This document shows, piece by piece, positions 57,969 to 64,000 of a stretch of DNA of 64,000 nucleotides. The DNA is from Trypanosoma brucei. Taxonomy: Eukaryota. A program made the translations under genes and the position numbers. The notes beneath the pieces are model-generated. The model ran no database searches, was not told where the DNA came from, and was given only the letters and a program-made list of their open reading frames with translations. The stretch is taken from NCBI GenBank assembly GCA_000002445.1, contig CH464491.1, positions 2,144,001 through 2,208,000 on the forward strand, written 5' to 3'. Numbering within the stretch: position 1 is the stretch's first letter; the number at the start of each line of letters is the position of its first letter.

Positions 57969-58205
57969 TGTTTCAACGTGGAATGTGTCTGTGTTAGGAA
58001 GGAGGAGGTCCGTTTGTTGAATCCCCTATATCTTTACGCACACTTACTCTTAACACATCCTTTACTGGCTGTCACGTTTCCACCTTGCTTACGTTGCGTT
58101 AAGTTTCTCTTTCCCATTTTATTTACGTAGAGGCATTAGAAACCGAGTGCACTTGGGTAGGCCGATTGTCCGTCCTCCACTACCACCGCACCCCCAGTAA
58201 AAGCC

Positions 58206-59777
58206 ATGATGAAGGGCAAACGCCTGAGCAAACGCCTCAGACGTAAGGAGGAACAAGAAGAGATAATCGAAGACCTCGACCTCGACGTGGAGGACTACGA
58301 GATTGAGGAGGATGACGTCGTCCACAATCGACGTAGTAAAGTGAAGGACAAGGGTGACGGAGTGAATGGTGTGCTCCCGGTGGACGCTCACAAGCTGGAA
58401 GGCTTTGACGATGACGATGAGGAAAAGGGTGCTCATCTAGAGGAAGAGAGACTCGCTCTTGAAGTAAACAAGACTATGCGAAAAAATACGGTTGATTCTG
58501 ATTTTGATGTTGGTGGTATCTCCGCGGGAACGAAGCGTAAGAGGACACCCGAATTTAACGTAACCCAAAGTGTTGCACCCGTTATTGAGGCCGTGGAGCG
58601 CGACTACGCCGCATTAACTTCTTCGGAGCGGCTGTCAATTGTGCAGAAAGAGTCTCCTGAGATGATCAAGATGCTTGAGGAAATGAAGCGGTACCTTGCC
58701 GAGGTGAGGGAACTGGGCGATCCTCTTCACGAACTGCTCTTCCGGCGGCGACTGTCAAGCGCCGATCGGAGCCTCGTTCAGTTCCTGGAAACAAAGGTGC
58801 AGCTAATGCTCAGTTATTGTATGCACGTGACATTCTATTTACTTATGAAAACGGAAGGCAAAAAGATTGCCGGCCACCCAGTCATAGACAATCTGGTGGA
58901 GATACGTGTTTACCTTGAGAAGTTGTTCCATATGGAGGAGAAGCTGCAGTACTCGTTGAATCGCCTACTAAGCGGCAAGACAACAGCTGTTGCACACCTT
59001 GATACTCTACGCCCTCTTCAGTGTAATGAGCGCGTCTCCATGACAACCAACAAAGATGCAAAGAAGAGTCGCAAGCAACTTGAAGCGATGAAAGAAGCGG
59101 AAGAAATTGAGAAGGAGGAAATGGCAACAATGAACCGCATTCGCACTAAGAAGTCAGGTAGCCTTGACGAGGTAACACCTGTTGATAGCAAGGCAGCCGC
59201 TTCAGTACTGGGCTACCACGAGGATGAAGACCAGTTTTTTGCAAAGCTAGCGGCAACCGAGAGTGACGAAGATGGAGAGGAGGGCCTTTCCTTAGTTGAG
59301 CGCTTAAAGAAGCGTCAACGAGCACTCGCAAAGGGTAGCGACGACGCTGACGACGAAGGCAATCGCAACGGAAACGTGATCGTGGATGATGATGATGATG
59401 GTAGTTATGACCAAGAGGAGTGTGAAGACGAGCTTCTCAGTGAGGGTGTGAACGAAGAGGGCGAGTACGAGACGCTCTTGGAGGAGGAGCGGGATCGCCA
59501 GAAGAGAAGGGTTGCGACTCTGCAACCCAAGCGGGAGTTAATCGAACCTGCAGTGGATCGTCGCAAGACGACCAAGAAGATTGAAACGCACCGGGGGCTG
59601 ACCAAATCTCGCCCGAAGGACCGGAAAACTCCCCGGACAGCTCAACGACGCAAGTATGAGAAAGGTTTGCGCATCCATAAGACACAGACACGCACTGTTC
59701 AACCGGAGCCGGAGGGTGGCTTTGTGGGTGTGCCGCTGCTCAAGTCTCGCGTTACGCAAAGCGTTCGGTTTCAGTAG
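58206..59777 (+). CDS. SAS10/UTP3-family nucleolar protein (SSU processome component)
   Basis: Acidic N-terminus. The C-terminal segment HRGLTKSRPKDRKTPRTAQRRKYEKG matches the Sas10 C-terminal signature (GLT.KR...RNPR.K.R.KYEKA). Confidence 0.75.
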   Translation: MMKGKRLSKRLRRKEEQEEIIEDLDLDVEDYEIEEDDVVHNRRSKVKDKGDGVNGVLPVDAHKLEGFDDDDEEKGAHLEEERLALEVNKTMRKNTVDSDFDVGGISAGTKRKRTPEFNVTQSVAPVIEAVERDYAALTSSERLSIVQKESPEMIKMLEEMKRYLAEVRELGDPLHELLFRRRLSSADRSLVQFLETKVQLMLSYCMHVTFYLLMKTEGKKIAGHPVIDNLVEIRVYLEKLFHMEEKLQYSLNRLLSGKTTAVAHLDTLRPLQCNERVSMTTNKDAKKSRKQLEAMKEAEEIEKEEMATMNRIRTKKSGSLDEVTPVDSKAAASVLGYHEDEDQFFAKLAATESDEDGEEGLSLVERLKKRQRALAKGSDDADDEGNRNGNVIVDDDDDGSYDQEECEDELLSEGVNEEGEYETLLEEERDRQKRRVATLQPKRELIEPAVDRRKTTKKIETHRGLTKSRPKDRKTPRTAQRRKYEKGLRIHKTQTRTVQPEPEGGFVGVPLLKSRVTQSVRFQ

Positions 59778-60205
59778 TGGTTGAAGAAGGAGTTCTGTCT
59801 AAGTGCGTTGTTTCGTACGGTGGCTTGGTACGGTACAAGCGTTGTGATCTTTGGGACGCACGGGAACTTCCGTGGTCTGCCCGGCGCTAATGTGCTGTTC
59901 AGCGGTTACGTTTGGTTAAAAAAAATAATTATGCTGTGAATACCGGAGGACAATAAGAAAAAACAAACCAAATCAGTAAGCAATAAACCCAAGTAAAATT
60001 AATTAAGACCGCGTCACCTGTGGGCATTATTACTACTGCTTGTTTATTGAGCTGCAGCTTGCCAATGGGATATTTGTCACTCCCGGTGTGGCGAGTGCAG
60101 CTTTTGGCTGAACATGTTCGTCGGTGGTGACTTGTTGCTTTTTATCAATTTTGCTCTTTACTCTTGCCAAACATAGAATAATTAGACTCGGAGTAAACAC
60201 GACTC

Positions 60206-61927
60206 ATGCAACCTATAGAACGTGCTGAGGAGCTACTGGCCCATGAGCGAGAGAAAATTGGTTTGTTCCGGATGCCGTTTCGCACACTTCAACTTTCATG
60301 TGCCTATTGCGTGAAGACTGTCACCAGCTACGTTGTCAAGTGTATCAAGTCATCCGCCTTTATGTTTGTGCTACCGGTTATCCTTCTGGTGGTTGGAGTT
60401 TCGACTTTTTTGATCGATTCCCCCGCTGGTCGTGCATTCAGGTTCCTAGACGCTGATGGCGATGGCTATGTGTCAGTTGCAGAGGTGGAGGGTTATTTTA
60501 GAGACAAATTGAACAGGAAACTGGGTGCTGGACGAGGGGCAAATTCTATTTTCCCTTCCGGAACTGCCCGTTTAGACAAGTCGAAGTTCACGTCATGGTG
60601 GGTGGAAGGCTACGGTGATGCTGTTAGACAGAACGCTTTCTTCAACCAAGGACCCTGGAGGGAGGCTGAGTACATGCTCGCTGATGCGCTGTGGTGGCTC
60701 GGCCTGGGAATCCTTTCTTCAATTGGTTTGGGCACAGGGATGCACTCTGGGTTGTTGTTCTTGTTTCCCTATATTTACCAGCTTTGCGCTGCAGTAGACT
60801 CATGCGGTAACACTAACTTTTGGACGTACCCGGTGAACCCCATTTACGGGCCGCGGGATCGTGTGTTTGCCTGCCTTAACCCTCAAAAGAAGGATGTCCC
60901 GACGTCGGTACTTACACGTGTGCTGATGCTGCTCCCTGCATGCTTCATTTGGGGGGTGGGCACAGCAATCGGCGAGATTCCGCCGTACCTGTTGAGTTAC
61001 ACGGCGGCCCGGCAGGGAAAGCGCAACTCGGAGTTGGATGAGGCTTCAAGGTACGACATCCTTAATAAAATGAAGGCATGGATGCTGGAGAAAATACAAC
61101 GTTATGGCTTCGTAGCAGTTCTCCTACTCGCCGCTTGGCCTAACATGGCTTTTGATCTCTGTGGTATGGCCTGCGGACAGTTTCTGATGCCCTTCTGGAC
61201 CTTCTTTGGTGCAACACTCATTGGTAAGGCATTTTGCAAGATTACACTGCAGGCTGTTTTCTTTGTTCATCTATTCTCCGGTGACAACGTGGAGCGCTTG
61301 ATCCATCGTGTAGGTGACGTCATAGCAGCTGTTGTTGTTATCCCCTCCTCAGTTTATTCGGGTGGGACTCAGGGCCTTGTCAAAAAGGCCGTAGAGGCTG
61401 TTGTGCGCGCCCGCCAAAGTATCGCCCTAAGGGCACGCGGTGAAGCAACTGTCGGCGAGGGAATGCAGTCTGCATCCCTCTTAGCGACTATCTTCGGTTG
61501 GGTAGTCGTTGCAGCAATCGCTTTTTTCGCTAAATCCGTCGTGGAAACGTTTGCTCAGAACGAGCAACAACAATACGACAAGATTGTACTAGAATATATT
61601 GGGAAGGCATTGGCACGAGGTCGGTCGAAAAAGAGCGTCACCGACGAAGAATTGCTTCAACTAATTGAGGAGTCGCAACGCTTATGCGTGGAACCAGAGC
61701 ACCTGATGAGTTTTAACCATGAGACGCTCGTAACCTATGTTTGCGTGGTTGTCGCTGGTTTCGTGATGGTTCACTATTCCGCAGTTGCCGGTCTCTCGCT
61801 CCTATTCCACATGTTTGTGTGTATGGTACATAACAACGAGTCTCTCCACCCAGTGACACTGTGGTTGCTGCGACTGTTGTTTGCGTCAGCGGCCCTTTAC
61901 ACGTTGTGTGGCCTGGAAACGCTGTAG
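60206..61927 (+). CDS. VMP1: VMP1 (vacuole membrane protein 1 / TMEM49; VTT-DedA superfamily) homologue with an N-terminal extension
   Basis: Core [20 protein letters not shown]...[40 protein letters not shown] closely parallels human VMP1 (GTAIGELPPYFMARAA...[40 protein letters not shown]). Multiple TM segments. An EF-hand-like loop [15 protein letters not shown] sits near the N-terminus. Confidence 0.85.
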   Translation: [573 protein letters not shown]

Positions 61928-62609
61928 TATAGGGGACCGCTTAGCTAGAAATCTCGTTTCTTTGCTAGTGATGCATAAGAATGACCATTTGTATGTGTGG
62001 CTGGGGTGTAGGCAATTATACTTCAGTGAATTCGTTGGTGATGCATAACCAAGGCTACACATCCACAAGTATTTACTCTAAACCAAATTTGTGGCGCCTT
62101 TGTGCCGACGAGGTCCATGGTGCTGACCGTAGAACAACAACAACACTGGAAATGACATAATTAGAATGGCGGGAGCGATGTGCATTGCTGTGGGTAAGTG
62201 TCTGCAGCAGACGCCGCGAGTCGACGGCGCTGGGATAAAGGTGGCACAGCGAAAGGACAAATACTGTTCTGTCACTTGCTCTTTTCGGCCGTCAAGGTGG
62301 CAGTCGTGAGCAGGGGTGGGGGGTGGGAGATTGAACTAGACAAAGCAATGAGTGACATGATGCTTCAAGTTTGTTATTGTTGATGTATTTGCGTGTCCCC
62401 TAATCATTTGTGCAATATCCCCAGTTGTGATAATGATTCGTTCATTATGTCCATAAATGCGCCTTACTGGCTCCATCTATTTCCTCTGAGGTTGTTTGTA
62501 TGCCGAATTCTACAATTAGGTAATAGCGACAAGCGGTTCAACCGAGCCAAACCGTGCTATCGTTTTGGTATCCCACGTATTTCGGGGGTAGGAGGTTCTT
62601 TTTCGAGAT

Positions 62610-63218
62610 ATGGATTTCCAGGGCTTACTACAACAAGAGGCATCCACGCGTGGACTCACAATGGTTCCGCTTTCTAGTGTGGTTGCAATGCCGTCGTCAC
62701 GGAAGGTGGCCTGTTGCGGTGGGTTTGTAGAGAAGGTTGTCGCGGAGTCAGAGCGGGACTGCACGGTTCTTCTTAGAGACGCGACGGGCGGCGTACACTG
62801 TGCCATTCACGGTGCGGTTTCCGACCGTTACCCCGATGTTCTCGCGACTGGTGCGGTCCTCCTTCTCCAAGACGTTACTGCGTTGATTGTTCCATCTTTG
62901 TTACCACCGATCATTGTGGTTTGCCTCGAGCATCTGGTGGCACTACTTCTTCCAGAGGGACCTCCGTTAAGCAATGCTGAATACACACTGGATTCGACGG
63001 CTCCGGGTGAAGAGTCACCAACCTTGGGGCACTTTACCAGCACTAATGACGTTGTGCAAACACCTGGTCGTTTAAGTGGTGCTGCAGAGGGAGCGTCACC
63101 GCAGGTCGCGCCCCCAAACATATCTGGTCTACCAACCAAAGTCGAGGAGGCAGCAGACGTTGTTTCCGTTGACCATGCAAGTGATGATGATAGCCTACAA
63201 CTTGCCGATGATTTATAA
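62610..63218 (+). CDS. Hypothetical protein (202 aa)
   Basis: On the PTU strand with non-repetitive composition. No motif recognised. Confidence 0.35.
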   Translation: MDFQGLLQQEASTRGLTMVPLSSVVAMPSSRKVACCGGFVEKVVAESERDCTVLLRDATGGVHCAIHGAVSDRYPDVLATGAVLLLQDVTALIVPSLLPPIIVVCLEHLVALLLPEGPPLSNAEYTLDSTAPGEESPTLGHFTSTNDVVQTPGRLSGAAEGASPQVAPPNISGLPTKVEEAADVVSVDHASDDDSLQLADDL

Positions 63219-63566
63219 TAGATACCCATTCTGTGTACCCTCAGGGAACGAACAGACCGCGGGACGCACATTTCTACTCCCTGTTTATTCTTAATTTATA
63301 TACATCGTATTCCTCCTGTTTCAGTGCTTATTCTTTCGCTGAAAGGCGATATGTGTAATATGCACTCGTGCTTTCCTCTCGGTGGGAGCCTGATTTCCTA
63401 TGTCATTCGAAAACAACTTTGATACACGAGGAGGACTCATAACTGCTGGCAAAACTGCGTGTCGTTGGTAAAACCACCGCAGGCGAGGGCAATTGAATCC
63501 CTTTTCTTCCCACTCCTTCTACGCGCGCAAACTTATTGGTGTCTCACGTACTCTCGAGTGCAGCCA

Positions 63567-64000
63567 ATGAGAGAGAGAAAACCCATTAGGAAGATGAAGA
63601 GGAGCCGCGTCAGCGACCAAATCATTCGCGTCGAAGAGCCGGATGCAGAAGAGGGCGAGGCTTCCCCTGCAAAAGCCACCCCGGTTCCACATTTTAGCGA
63701 TAGGCGCATTTGCATCAATGTCGGAGGGGAATACATCACAACGCTGGCCAGCACACTGTGCTCTGAGCCCTCCAAGTTTTCGGAGTGGGTGGAAAACAAC
63801 TTTCAAGGACTCCCGCGCGACTCTATGGGCAACCCCTTTATAGACAGGGATCCAGAGAACTTTCGACAGATAATCAGTTACTTGCGCGGCTACGAGCTGC
63901 CGACTGCAACTGAAAAAATTGTTTTTTTGGCCGAAGACGCGGAGTACTATCACATTGATAGGTTGCTAGCTCTGATCAACCCCCCAGCGGAGTGGCGTTT
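63567..64000 (+). CDS. BTB/POZ (potassium-channel T1-type, KCTD-like) domain protein; 3' end beyond the window
   Basis: Translation from the ATG at 63567 gives ...RICINVGGEYITTLASTL...GNPFIDRDPENFRQIISYLRGYELP, the T1/BTB signature (V.LNVGG..F.T...TL ... FFDRDP..F..ILNYLR.G.L). Runs open to the window end. Confidence 0.7.
   Translation, partial: MRERKPIRKMKRSRVSDQIIRVEEPDAEEGEASPAKATPVPHFSDRRICINVGGEYITTLASTLCSEPSKFSEWVENNFQGLPRDSMGNPFIDRDPENFRQIISYLRGYELPTATEKIVFLAEDAEYYHIDRLLALINPPAEWR

Overview
The window looks like a core chromosomal region of an African trypanosome (Trypanosoma brucei group). Evidence for this: intron-less long ORFs, intergenic spacers full of poly(dA)/poly(dT)/(TA)n low complexity, polypyrimidine tracts in front of start codons, and genes arranged in long same-strand runs. 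Recognised neighbours (RNR1, MCM2, RBP16, RPB8) fit T. brucei chromosome 11, but that assignment comes from memory and no search was run.

Two polycistronic transcription units (PTUs) diverge from a ~6.3 kb strand-switch region at 43.3-49.6 kb:
- The minus-strand PTU (1..43289) holds about 21 genes. Those I can name are ribonucleotide reductase large subunit, MCM2, a CCR4/nocturnin-type EEP nuclease, the cold-shock/RGG protein RBP16, RPB8, a dual-specificity phosphatase, a Cid1/TUTase-type nucleotidyltransferase, a CCCH zinc finger plus methyltransferase (TRM13-like), an EF-hand protein and a FUN14-like protein.
- The plus-strand PTU (49615..64000) holds a SNF2-RING (RAD5/RAD16-like) helicase, SAS10/UTP3, VMP1 and a BTB/T1-domain gene cut by the window end.
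- A 7.2 kb pure low-complexity spacer (6.4-13.6 kb) separates two same-strand genes.

I found no tRNA, rRNA, snoRNA, CRISPR or retroelement that I can defend, and nothing resembling a prokaryote-style accessory 'system'. The most unusual features are the divergent strand-switch region with opposed GT-rich tracts and G/C homopolymers, the very long low-complexity UTR/spacer, and a tandem pair of cold-shock-domain genes.
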